Position numbers and translations under genes: made by a program | Source: Naegleria gruberi | Lineage: Eukaryota | Direction: 5' to 3' (one strand) | Assembly (NCBI GenBank): GCA_000004985.1 | Contig: GG738870.1 | Length of the DNA stretch: 64,000 bases | Shown: piece by piece, positions 51,762 to 62,208 of the stretch | Layout: each line of letters opens with the position of its first letter | Numbering within the stretch: the first letter of the stretch is position 1 | Notes under the pieces: model-generated | What the model was told of the DNA's origin: nothing | What the model saw: only the letters and a program-made list of their open reading frames with translations | The model's database searches: none

Positions 51762-53828
51762 ATGCCGAAAGTATCTGCAACACCAGTTTCTTCCTTCAAC
51801 ATGCGAGGTCAGGTGTTTCAGGTGTCGTTGCTACTGGTAGTGATGCTAATCATCATGATGACAACAGGAAGGAATGTGGAGGCCAACACGTTATCTTCTG
51901 AAACGAAACTAGAAGAATTTGTAGAATGTCCTTTCGAATATTACACTTCTGGGCAATTAAACACGAAAAAGTATGATCAGTTGGTGGCAGAATGTGCTTT
52001 TGCTCGAGTCCCTTTCCAATACGAAACTAACACCACAGATATAACTTCACTCTTCATCAAGAGAATTAGAAAACGAGACGAAACTAATCTGCCAAGAAAA
52101 ATAGTTTGGTTTATTCCAGGAGGTGGATTTGGACCTGGTCACTCAACCATTCACCTCGATGTGGAAATGGTTAAATATTTCATCTCTGAACTGTATAACA
52201 GAACTGACAATTATCAATATTCCATTTATAGTGTCGAACATCGAGGTGTTGGAAGAAGTGATAGATTATCTTGTCAATCAAGTCAAGCAGAATCACCTTC
52301 TAGTGATGGTGGTTATTATATTACTAAAAAGGAATGGCCAAAATGTGTGCAAGATTTGTCAAAACTTGAAACTCTGGTTTATTCTTCGGATAATGCTGCA
52401 ATTGACTTGTTGAAAGTAATGAAAATGGTCAAGACAATGTACAGTGATTCAATTCATTACATGTATGGATATTATTATGGAGCTTTTTGGATTATGAAAA
52501 CTTTGAGATTTACTGAATTAAATGATTTGACCATGTTAAATTCAATTAAGGGAATTATGATTGAGAATCCATTCACTAAAAAGTTTCATTTGAATGATAT
52601 TGATTCAGTCATGATTGATACTTTCAAAAATGTGTTGAAATTTTGCTCGGATAAAACACTTGCTGATAAGTATGACAAGACGTGTTATGAAAAATTGGGA
52701 GGACAAGATGTCTATGCATTATTGAAAAGTACAATGAAGAAGGTTTACAATGTAGATTTTGATTCTCATTCATCAGGACATTCAGTGATGAGTGGAGGTG
52801 GAGGTGGTGGAGGTAGTGGAGGTGGAGAGTCTGATGGTGGACATGGAACTGTACCAAACACTCCATGTGGCCTTGTTTCTTCCAAACTTCCATTCTACAA
52901 TTTAACAAGAATATTCGGTTCATTGATGAGGACAAGGAATGGGCAAGCAATCATTCCTGCCATTATTTACCGATTCAATAGATGTGATGACAGTAAGGAT
53001 GTTCACATCTTGTACAATTTGGTCAAATATTATGCAACATATGTTGAATCCAAATCATATGCCACTAACTATTTGTTGGATAGTGATTCTGTATTTTACA
53101 ATATTGTCTTTTCAGAGTTTTGGAAGGAATCTCACCAGACAGAGAGTGAAATTTCTGAAGATATGGCTCATTCCTATGTAAATACAGGTTTTGATTTGAA
53201 ACTGGCTCAAGTTTGGAATGCAACACATCACTGGGAGGGCCCAGAAATCTACACTCCTAAAATTGACACGTCCTTCTCCAATCCAACAAATATTCCAATT
53301 TTGGTTATTGATGCTGATGCAGATACTTATATGACTTCTGATTATCCTACTGATTTTGAGAGCTCTCTCAGTGGAACAAATCACAAACTTGTCACCATTC
53401 CATTTTCTCTCCCACCAACAATTGTCAATTCACCAGTGAAAGGAAAATCAGATTGTGGAAGCCAAATACTAACTAGCTTAATAACATTGGATTCAACTAA
53501 TCCAAATGTTCAACAAGTCAACACTCAATGCCTAGATCAATTACAATTCAATTTCACTGGATCATCTTCCTTCAACAAGTTAGTCTTCCAAGTTTCAGAT
53601 ATTTACGAGGGAGTCTATGTCTACTCAACCTTCTACACTGGAACCATCTCTACCACTCTCTTCTTTGCAGTTGTTTTGGGAATTTCCATTGGTTTCCTAG
53701 TTGTTCTCATAGTTGCCATGTGTGTCACTTGTACCATGAGATTGACCTTCCTTAATAACAAGGCCTATAAGAAACTCACCTCAAGCACAGCAAGTGGTCA
53801 CGATCCATCCATGTGGAACAATCTATAA
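51762..53828 (+). CDS. type-I membrane alpha/beta-hydrolase-fold protein (proline-iminopeptidase/S33-like)
   Basis: ATG start with N-terminal signal/TM segment (VFQVSLLLVVMLIIMM). VWFIPGGGFGPGHS…SVEHRGVGRS resembles the S33 HGGPG/HxRGxGxS region. Gly-rich linker SGGGGGGGSGGGESDGGHG. C-terminal TM FFAVVLGISIGFLVVLIVAMCV. Confidence 0.4.
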   Translation: MPKVSATPVSSFNMRGQVFQVSLLLVVMLIIMMTTGRNVEANTLSSETKLEEFVECPFEYYTSGQLNTKKYDQLVAECAFARVPFQYETNTTDITSLFIKRIRKRDETNLPRKIVWFIPGGGFGPGHSTIHLDVEMVKYFISELYNRTDNYQYSIYSVEHRGVGRSDRLSCQSSQAESPSSDGGYYITKKEWPKCVQDLSKLETLVYSSDNAAIDLLKVMKMVKTMYSDSIHYMYGYYYGAFWIMKTLRFTELNDLTMLNSIKGIMIENPFTKKFHLNDIDSVMIDTFKNVLKFCSDKTLADKYDKTCYEKLGGQDVYALLKSTMKKVYNVDFDSHSSGHSVMSGGGGGGGSGGGESDGGHGTVPNTPCGLVSSKLPFYNLTRIFGSLMRTRNGQAIIPAIIYRFNRCDDSKDVHILYNLVKYYATYVESKSYATNYLLDSDSVFYNIVFSEFWKESHQTESEISEDMAHSYVNTGFDLKLAQVWNATHHWEGPEIYTPKIDTSFSNPTNIPILVIDADADTYMTSDYPTDFESSLSGTNHKLVTIPFSLPPTIVNSPVKGKSDCGSQILTSLITLDSTNPNVQQVNTQCLDQLQFNFTGSSSFNKLVFQVSDIYEGVYVYSTFYTGTISTTLFFAVVLGISIGFLVVLIVAMCVTCTMRLTFLNNKAYKKLTSSTASGHDPSMWNNL

Positions 53829-54283
53829 ATTGAAAAATTTTACCTTTTCACTGTAAATCTCATCCAACCCAAAGTAATTCCTTAATCCACTGATCTAATG
53901 TGAAATTTATATCGCTTAGTAGCGTCGAGAATCCAAAAACAACTTCGCGCACATTTTAAAATCATAACACAAAAAAAAGCGCGAAAAGTTCAGCACAGAT
54001 AACCACGAGCTGTAAATAATTGTCATCTTCAAGAAGCGACGAGTTAGTACATTGAAGAATACAAGTCAGATAATAGAGAGAAAGAATTTGATCAAATAGG
54101 ATTAATCGGATCAAGTTATTTGGGAGGTTTTGATCATGAATGATAAAAGAAGAAATTTAGATGATGTTTCTCCTTCGCCATTGTTGATGATGAATCATCA
54201 CACTCATCACCATCATTTATATGAAGAGAAACATCAACAACAACCACCCACAGTAATATCAGGTTTGTTTTGATTAATTTCTA

Positions 54284-56014
54284 GTGGAAATTAAAAAGGA
54301 AAAATGGATGTTTTTAGAAAGTGATAATAGATCAGCGTTGTTTTCAGAGGGTAGTGGTGTGCATGGAGCAGAGTTATTCTCTGATTCACATTCCATGTTT
54401 AGTGGGGAATTTAATAGTAGACAGAGTGGGATTATGGTTTCTTGGGAAAATTCTAGTATTGTAACTGTTTCGAATATTTACTCATCAAATGAAGAGACTG
54501 TAGGTGAGGAGCAACAGCATGAGGAAGGGACAAGAATAAGTGAAAAGAATTACAAACTTGTGAACTGGAACAAATTGACGAGTCAGCAGTTGGTTCACAT
54601 ATTCTCCTTCCTCGTTGGTCGTGTGGAATTGTGTAAGGAAGACGAATTTTATTGGAATATTGTGAAACATCATTTACATGTGGAATCTGAACATGATGCT
54701 CTTCTTGCCCTCTTTAAATTAATTCCACCAAAGGAAAGTGTATTTCCACTCCATCATCTCATTAGTGAAATGAATAAGAGAGGAAAGTTCCAGGATTCTA
54801 AGTTTGAGGAATTTTACAAGATGGCCTACACCCATTTTGAAAAGATATTACTCCTTCTAAGATGTACAAACTTTACCAATCTAGTTCTAGCCCAGGGCAG
54901 AATTTCTTGGTTTGAAAGAGAGCAATTGGCCAATATGCAACGATTGATTATTTCGAGAGAATTGGGTTATTTACAACCTCTGAAAGTGGGAGAGACAGTC
55001 GAACAATTCGATGATGAAGTTGAATTGATTGATTCAGACAATGATCCTGCCCAATCTAATGACTACCTGGCAGAATTGTTCAGAAGGCGATTGTGCAGAC
55101 TCAACTTGACAAAATCAGATGAGGAATTTATTTCTCATCAAGAAAATGGATTCATGGATCTTGCATTCCACAAAATGATGCAACTCAGTGAGAAAATGTT
55201 CAGAGATTTTGACATGGACTGTAAAGATTTGGCACTCCCTTATAATTTCAGAAACTCTCATGTAAAATTTGAAATGGATATTTTCAATACCAATTCGAAA
55301 AAGTTAGGATTTTGTATGGATTATAATAGCTCGTATCAATTTGAAGTAGAAGATGAGGAAGAAGTTGAAGAATTGGTCAGTAACCTATCTCACTATCAAG
55401 TATTAGACATTAGAGATGTGACCCACTTTTCTACGTTTATGAACTTTGAAATCCCTAAAGAAATTGAGTTTGTTAATTTTTCAGGATCCATCCCTTATAA
55501 TTATGATCTAGGACAGGTCTACTTCCCAAATGTTAAATTTTTGAGGATAAATATTGAGAGCAATCAATCACATACCAATGATCTTGGAGATGAATACTTT
55601 TTAGATTTCGAAGATAGTACCAGCATGTTCTTGAATGAGTTTTTGAAAAGATTTCCAAACTTGATCCATCTCGTTATTAGGGGAATTGAGAATATATCAT
55701 TTTTTGAAAAATTGGATGAACTATTGAGTCATCTCTGGGTTTTAGAATTAATGATAGATGATGAGGACAGTTTTTGGGGAAAACCAGATTCTATTGAATG
55801 TTTGGAGAGAATTACTGACAAGGCCAAGAATCTCAAACAGCTCTTTTTGAATGTCAATTTGGATGTTAGAAGACCTCTAGCTGTTGACTATGAAAAGCTT
55901 AAATTATACTATAGTTTGGGCAATAACAGATTTTCAACTAGCATTGGTAGAGCAAGTATTGCAAGATTTTGTAAATCAGCCTTTGCCAATGTTTATCAAA
56001 CAACCAGAAATTAA
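54284..56014 (+). CDS. hypothetical protein, possibly with an upstream exon starting at ATG about 54136
   Basis: 576-aa ORF; listed start is GTG. An upstream ATG at about 54136 (MNDKRRNLDD…HHHHLYEE…) ends at TCAG|GTTTGT. No domain recognised. Confidence 0.35.
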   Translation: MEIKKEKWMFLESDNRSALFSEGSGVHGAELFSDSHSMFSGEFNSRQSGIMVSWENSSIVTVSNIYSSNEETVGEEQQHEEGTRISEKNYKLVNWNKLTSQQLVHIFSFLVGRVELCKEDEFYWNIVKHHLHVESEHDALLALFKLIPPKESVFPLHHLISEMNKRGKFQDSKFEEFYKMAYTHFEKILLLLRCTNFTNLVLAQGRISWFEREQLANMQRLIISRELGYLQPLKVGETVEQFDDEVELIDSDNDPAQSNDYLAELFRRRLCRLNLTKSDEEFISHQENGFMDLAFHKMMQLSEKMFRDFDMDCKDLALPYNFRNSHVKFEMDIFNTNSKKLGFCMDYNSSYQFEVEDEEEVEELVSNLSHYQVLDIRDVTHFSTFMNFEIPKEIEFVNFSGSIPYNYDLGQVYFPNVKFLRINIESNQSHTNDLGDEYFLDFEDSTSMFLNEFLKRFPNLIHLVIRGIENISFFEKLDELLSHLWVLELMIDDEDSFWGKPDSIECLERITDKAKNLKQLFLNVNLDVRRPLAVDYEKLKLYYSLGNNRFSTSIGRASIARFCKSAFANVYQTTRN

Positions 56015-56084
56015 TTTCCAATTTCGATTTCAATTTGACAAAAATAGCTACCACTCCTTATTTGAAAAATAAATACTTTACAAT

Positions 56085-57214
56085 ATGACAGGTTTAGTTG
56101 TCAAAAAAATGTTTACATTTATTGAGCCCTTGAAAAAGATATTGTCTGTAGTAATTCGCACCGTCGATAATTTGCGAGAAGAAAACAGAATCAATGATGA
56201 AAGGGAAGGAAGAAATCAACCATCCGAAACTAGTAGCAAAATATCAAACTATTCAAAAAGTGAAATAGAAGAAACCTACAAGGTAAAAATTTGCGAAAAA
56301 TTGGGACCAGTTGTTGACATTTCAAAACTAGGACAAGGCTCAAGTGGTGAGGTATTCAAGGTTTGTTTCATTGACCATTAATTATTAGAAATCACATTTA
56401 GGTTCACACTAAAAGTGAAATTCTTGTTGTGAAAATAGTCAACTCTAGTGAAAGAGCAAAAAAAGAAGCTAAAAGACACTTCTCACATCCTCATCTGCTT
56501 GCAATATATCCAGAGAAAACCTTTATAGATGGTGAATACCACTATATTGTGAGCGAATATGTTGGAGAAACTAATCTGTGTGATTATAGACGAAACTTGG
56601 AAAATATAGAAGAGGAATTAGTATGGAAAATGATCAAGCAGATGTACAAGGCACTAACCCATATGCATTCAAAATATATCTGTCATGGAGATTTCAAACT
56701 TGCAAACATTTTTGTAAAAAGTCATCATGATTTTCGTTTAGTGTTGGGAGATTTTGGACTTTCGAATAATGAAGAATCTGTAAACCTCAACATACTTGGA
56801 GGAACTCTTGGATTCCAAGCACCTGAACTTTTCAATGGTTTGACTGAAAAGTGTGATGTGTATTCTTTCGGAAAATCAATAATTCAACTAATTATTGGAA
56901 CAAAATTTAAACATAATATTTCAAATGAACAACTGATGGAAATGGTTGCAACAAGTCAACCAAAAATATCCTCATCACTCATAGATTTAATCAAGAAAAT
57001 GATTAAAGAAAATCCTGAAGAAAGACTATCACTAGATCAAGTTGGAGTACTTATCAGAAACAAGAATAAACCAAAGCAAAAGCAAACCAAACGAGATTCT
57101 AGTACTGAATCTGAAGAAGAATTAAAATCCTTACAAAGAACCTCCACAGGTGTCCAGAAACAAAAATCTAAACCTCAGACTGGCTTTTTTAGATATTGGG
57201 GTTTTAACAAATAA
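56085..57214 (+). CDS. protein kinase (Ser/Thr or dual-specificity fold). Two exons.
   Basis: Exon 1 from ATG 56085 to …LGQGSSGEVFK (Gly-rich loop). Intron at about 56361..56401 (GTTTGT…ATTTAG, 41 nt, phase 0). Exon 2 carries VHTKSEILVVKIV (beta-3 Lys), HGDFKLANIF (catalytic loop, HGD in place of HRD), DFG, and APE (FQAPELF). Confidence 0.8.
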
Positions 57215-57219
57215 AAAAA

Positions 57220-58664
57220 ATGACAAGTAATCAGCACATTTACACGATTGCCAAAAACTTGAATATTGAACAAGACAAAATTGAAGAAATTGTTGACTGT
57301 GTCTTCAAGGTTGGTTTCGGATTTTGGTTTCTAATATGTTTTTGCAAAGGTAACAATTCATAATTCTTCAGCAACACGGAAAGTTGAACTGTTCGTAGTT
57401 AAAGCTGTACTAAAGTCAAACCATGCTGAAGCAGAAAGTAGAAGAAACTTTAATCATAAGCACTTGATGAAAACCTTTCTAATAAGAAATTTCACTTCTG
57501 CTACACATTATTATTTATTCAGTGAATATGTTGGCGAGCAAAACTTGGTACAATACCGAAAAAATGTTAAAGAATTGCATGAGGAAAGAGTTTGGGATTT
57601 TATTAATCAAATGTCAAAAGCTCTCAATTACATGAATTCATATCCACATTTTACCATTCATAGAGATTTTTAGACAGTTGTAGGTAGATAAAATTTTGTC
57701 CCCAAATTTTTTTTGGCCAAGTCGAAACTCCAGCCATTTTTAGCTTGCGATTTTAAAAAATGTTACAAGTCGAGAATAAACCGTTACATTAGTTGGCGCC
57801 ACGAAAGAAGACGTTACACTTTCATCAAATAAACTTTAATTTCATCAAACAAAAAAAACCAAACCTCTCTTCACTTTTTGGTTGTTTTCCAACACAGGAT
57901 TTCACTATTGGTGCAACAACAACAACATCTTGAGAAATAACATTGTCCTCCAACACTTTCTTCATGTCCCGTTTTTGTTGTCCCCAAGCCAAGCCTTTTA
58001 GACTTGTAAAAAAATATTGGTCAGAGCAACAAATGTCCATTACCTACAACTGTCTAGAGATTTTAAATTGGAAAACATTATTCTAAAGAGTGGACATGAT
58101 TTTCATCTTGTTTTGGCTGATTATGGATTATGTAAGAGTGAGCTCACTAATTATGTGATCAGTGACAGGGGAACATTTGAATTTAAAGCACCAGAATTGA
58201 AAAATCAAAAAGATGAACAAGATGTAGAATTCCCTTTCAAATGTGATGTTTATTCATTTGGGAGATCAATCATTCATTTCATTTTGGGAAGTCAATTTTT
58301 AACTCTCGCTCAAAATGAAATCATCCTTAAAAACGATCCAAATAAGAAAACAGTGATGGATCACCTTATGGATCATAAACCATCTGAGGCCCTTTTCGAA
58401 TTGATTGAGAATATGATTGAGGAAGATCCAAAGTTTAGATTTGATATTAAGGAAGTAATTGCCTTTTATGAAAACAACAGACCAAGCAAATCAAAGACAT
58501 CCTTAGTCTTTCCAAAACCTGGGGAAATGAAACAGAAGATATCTAACAAAACCCCAAATCAAAGAACATCTAATTCCACTTCCTCCTCCAACACTATTTC
58601 ACGCTCTAGTCAAGGAATATCCAAACAACATAAAACCAAAGATAGGAGAGGTACAAAAAGATAA
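57220..58664 (+). pseudogene. tandem kinase paralog, degenerate (no Gly-rich loop, DFG→DYG) and interrupted by a TIR element within the catalytic-loop codons
   Basis: Its ATG lies 5 nt after the stop of the upstream kinase. Exon 1 MTSNQHIYTIAKNLNIEQDKIEEIVDCVFKV. A 56-nt intron (GTTTCG…TTCAG) joins …ATRKVELFVVKAV…YLFSEYVGEQNL…HFTIHRDF. The 386-bp insertion follows, then KLENIILKSGHDFHLVLADYGLCK…FKAPEL… Collinear with the upstream kinase. Confidence 0.55.
57671..58056. mobile_element. hAT-like non-autonomous TIR element (MITE) with 8-bp target-site duplication GAGATTTT, inserted in the kinase paralog coding sequence
   Basis: 16-bp perfect TIR TAGACAGTTGTAGGTA … TACCTACAACTGTCTA. Flanking direct repeat GAGATTTT at 57663–57670 and 58057–58064. 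Removing the element plus one TSD copy restores the open frame …HFTIHRDFKLENIILK… collinear with HGDFKLANIFVK of the neighbouring paralog. Confidence 0.75.
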
Positions 58665-59277
58665 TTCTAATTCCTTATAATCATTGATGGTTGTTCAAAC
58701 TCTTGATTGTAATGGACCTGTCATATTAAATTAAGAGTAATAGAATTTTTCGTGTCTCTAATCAAGCGATCACTCAATGTTGTGCACTTTCACTCTGGTT
58801 TGAAGTTTATTTCGATTGTTCTCATAGCTGGATGAGAATGAACGAATCAAATGATTGAAAAATCAAGATTGCTTCCATTACAAAAAGTGTAATATGAAAG
58901 GTTATCAATGAAATGCTCAATTTTACAGAAGCTCAATTGGTGATTCTTTGGAAATCCCATCAAATTTTCATAGTTAGGATAAGCCGTCCGAACAACTGAT
59001 AATAATTGAATATTGCAACTTATCGTACTTTCAATATTGGATTTTTTTTCATTCCAAGATATTCCACACATACTATTGAACATGTGCACAATCCAACCAT
59101 TGAAGTTCTTTCATTCTGTTCTTGTTTAATTCCCCGCACTGATTAACAAAGACCAAATGAACAATGTCCAAAATCTGTGGCTACTCTCTTTTTGGAACAT
59201 TATTCATCTTCTTTCATACCAAAAAAATCAATATATACTAATCAAACGAAACCTTTCAAATCTTTAAAAACTGGAAC

Positions 59278-59535
59278 ATGTTTCACTTCTTGAAAACAAT
59301 CAACAAACAAAAAATGAAAAGATTCGTTTCAATCTTATTGATTGCATTGACTTTGGCAATTCTTGCACTTTCCTTCACTTCTGGAGTTTCTGCTGAAGAA
59401 TCAACAACTGCTGCCTCAACTCTTTCCTTGTACATTAAAAAGAATAAAACAAGAAGAGAAATCTTAAGAGATTCAAACTCAACAAGAAGCTCAACAAGTA
59501 CATTGACACCTATGGAAGAAAGAGAAGAGGATTGA
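59278..59535 (+). CDS. small secreted protein (signal peptide) followed by a purine-rich region
   Basis: ATG start. MKRFVSILLIALTLAILALSFTSGVSA is a signal peptide. The region downstream of about 59440 is AAG/AGA-rich and open in several frames. Confidence 0.3.
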   Translation: MFHFLKTINKQKMKRFVSILLIALTLAILALSFTSGVSAEESTTAASTLSLYIKKNKTRREILRDSNSTRSSTSTLTPMEEREED

Positions 59536-59967
59536 AGAAATTTGGAAAGAAGAGAATTATTAGAAAGAAGATTGATGTTTACGGAAAGAAGAGAAGATTG
59601 AATAAGAAGAGAAGAATTGACACTTATAGAAAGAAGAACAGAAAGAATAGAAGAGGTGGAAAGAAGTATAAGAAAGTTGACCTCTACAAGCGTAAATAAT
59701 TGAAACAAATCTGCAAATTTTTGAATCAATTTTGCTAATAGTAAAGCACAGATGTGAGTCCATTAGAATCTGTTTTCTTAATGAAATTACAACCTAGACT
59801 TGTGCAAGTGGTCATGAATATTTAGTCGTTTAATCATATCAATTTGTGCAATTAGATTAAATGGACAGGAATGGTGACAATCCCACTACAGTCTTTGAGT
59901 GATTGAATAGTGAAGGCAACAAGGACAGTTTTGCTGTCTTTGTTGAATCATTTTTCTTTATTGAAAA

Positions 59968-61239
59968 TTATCTATCATTAATTCTGTACAATGCTTCATC
60001 CAGCAAATTAATGCCCAATGTTGAAATAAATTTGAACAACCAACATTGACCATCATCATCAATCTTTACAAAATCTTGTCCAATCCATTCTTTCTTAAAT
60101 GTTGAAATAGCTTGTTCTCTATTTGATAAACCTCTTTGTTCATCCCCATCAGTTTCGTCTTGTTCAGATTCTTCATCCTCATCATTCTCCTCTTCCTCGT
60201 CAGCTCCATTCCCCTCACTTTGTTTCAAGATGAGTTTAGTTTGGTTTTTTGGTTTTTTCAAGTCACTAGCTTGATCACTGTGTAATCTAGATACAGAAAT
60301 AGAAATACCTTTTTCATGAGCTTCACCACCATAGGAAACACTATAGTCAACATCAATCCTCATAGAAAAAGGAATGAGTGCAGTGTAATAATCCAATGTA
60401 AAGTGAATAGTTGATATTGTATTGTTAGTATCTCCATCATCAGTTACACTAATATAGGTCAACTTGTGATCTACAGATGTAATGTGAAATCTTGAATAAA
60501 GGGATGGTGCAATAAGAGTAGTATCAGCATAACTACTATCCTGATGGGTAGTTAAAAAGAAAGCTCTCACAGGTCCAATTCTTGAATGTTTGTTAAAACT
60601 TGCGTGTTTTAACAAACAAAATTCCTTCATAAATTGATATGAGTGCTTTTTAATCATCTCCTTGCCACTCTTTTTAAATATAGTTGGTTTTGTTGTAAAA
60701 CGAGTAGTTCTGTTAATTTCTACATATGTATCATTGCTATCGTATTGTGTTGGCCATTTAGTCCAATTTTTCAAACTTTCCAATGTCATATCCCACAATC
60801 TACAAAACAATTCTTGCCACATTCTTTCCTCATCAATCATACCTTCATACCAAGAACGACAAACCAAAAACACTGATCCATTCAATACACTTTCCAAATC
60901 CATAAATGGAACAATCGAATAGGCAACAACTTCTGGTGGTAATGATTTGATTAAAGAAGGTACACGTTCCATTTCATATTTTCTCTTCTTTCTTACCAAT
61001 ACATCCATCATCAAATCACAAAATTCATCATAATTTCGTACTTTCTTATCATCATTCTTTTGATAATTTTCATAACAAGTTGATTCAACAAACTTGAGCA
61101 TGTGTTCATCTACTTGTTCAATTCTTTTCTTTTCCTCCTGTAAGAATTTTTCATAGAGTCTTGATGATGATTTATTGGATGCTGATTTTTGGTTCTTCTT
61201 TGGTGCTTTTTTTGTGGTGGCTTTTCTCTTTGGTGGCAT
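59968..61239 (-). CDS. F-box domain protein with basic N-terminus
   Basis: Listed ORF start 61557 is TTG. The ATG at 61237–61239 gives MPPKRKATTKKAPKK… (NLS-like). F-box is LPPEVVAYSIVPFMDLESVLNGSVFLVCRSWYEGM. C-terminal domain unknown. Confidence 0.5.
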   Translation of the reverse strand: MPPKRKATTKKAPKKNQKSASNKSSSRLYEKFLQEEKKRIEQVDEHMLKFVESTCYENYQKNDDKKVRNYDEFCDLMMDVLVRKKRKYEMERVPSLIKSLPPEVVAYSIVPFMDLESVLNGSVFLVCRSWYEGMIDEERMWQELFCRLWDMTLESLKNWTKWPTQYDSNDTYVEINRTTRFTTKPTIFKKSGKEMIKKHSYQFMKEFCLLKHASFNKHSRIGPVRAFFLTTHQDSSYADTTLIAPSLYSRFHITSVDHKLTYISVTDDGDTNNTISTIHFTLDYYTALIPFSMRIDVDYSVSYGGEAHEKGISISVSRLHSDQASDLKKPKNQTKLILKQSEGNGADEEEENDEDEESEQDETDGDEQRGLSNREQAISTFKKEWIGQDFVKIDDDGQCWLFKFISTLGINLLDEALYRINDR

Positions 61240-61336
61240 TTTTTTTTGGTGAGGTTTACTAATCGCGAGTTGCACTTTTATTGTAACGAAGATGGAGTTT
61301 GAAGTTTTTTTCGACTGTTTTTTGGAATAATTTATG

Positions 61337-61400
61337 ATAATGTTCATGATTACAACAAGAATGTTCATGGTCATGTTTACAATCAGAATGTTCATCACAG
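61337..61400. repeat. three spaced copies of AATGTTCAT(G/C) in the 5' region of the F-box gene
   Basis: …taATGTTCATGattacaacaagAATGTTCATGgtcatgtttacaatcagAATGTTCATCacag… Copies are spaced 22–25 nt apart, just upstream of the ATG on the gene (minus) strand. Confidence 0.3.
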
Positions 61401-62208
61401 CTCTCCCAACATGTTGATATTCAAAGTATTGATTATATTGGCTAGATTCTGAATCATTTGCAGACAAAAATTCTGAAGTGAAAATTTCCAAGCTATTAAC
61501 GTGATCTTTTTCCCAGAAATTAGTTTTCCATTTAAAGAAGTCTTGGACAATATTCAATCTGGTGCATTATATATAATGAAAGCAAAAAGACTACAGCACC
61601 ACAGGTTCCCAAGTTGTCTCCAACCTCAGTACTGATGTGGCTCGACGATGCTTAACTTCTCAAATCGGACGGGATGAGGTGCATTCATCGTGATATGGCC
61701 GTAGCCATTAACTCTCACCAAATGTGAAATTTCTTTCAATTCCCTTAAAGCATCTGTTTGCAACAATATTTCTCATCCAATATAATACAGTTTCTGATGT
61801 AACATAATTGTAAATGTTTGGTTATAGATGGAGTTTGTTGTAAGAAATCATCACCACTAGCCAACCATCCAGGTGATGAAGAAAAGCTGACCAACTTGAC
61901 AGGTGCATCCTTAAAATTAATTCTGTAATGTTTGTAAATTCTCAACATGTATTGATAAGGAGCCCAGGTGGCATGAGTAAGGAAAAGATTCTTCTTGTCT
62001 TCACTATACTTGATGAATGCAGTGCATCTTGTGTGAAGGAGTGTATATTTTTCAATAGGTTTCCATTAAATTGGCAGTTGTAAGACTCAACAAGGAGCTT
62101 CTCTTCATTGGGGAGGATGACGAACATGTTGCCAAAGGCTAAAATCGTGCGATTGTTACAATTTGGAGACTCTAGTTTACAATATCTTGTGGTTTGTCCA
62201 CAAAGTAT

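Noticed and set aside
57671-58056. Interpreting the 386-bp kinase-interrupting segment as a spliceosomal intron
   Set aside because: Its ends are TAGACAG…CTGTCTA with no GT…AG. It has 16-bp perfect TIRs plus an 8-bp direct duplication of the flanking exon sequence, which introns do not create.
59283-59729. ORF 59283..59729 (−), 148 aa, Leu/Ser-rich
   Set aside because: It is the antisense frame of the AAG/AGA purine tract. The opposite strand has a signal-peptide ORF with a real ATG, so this one is most likely a compositional artefact.
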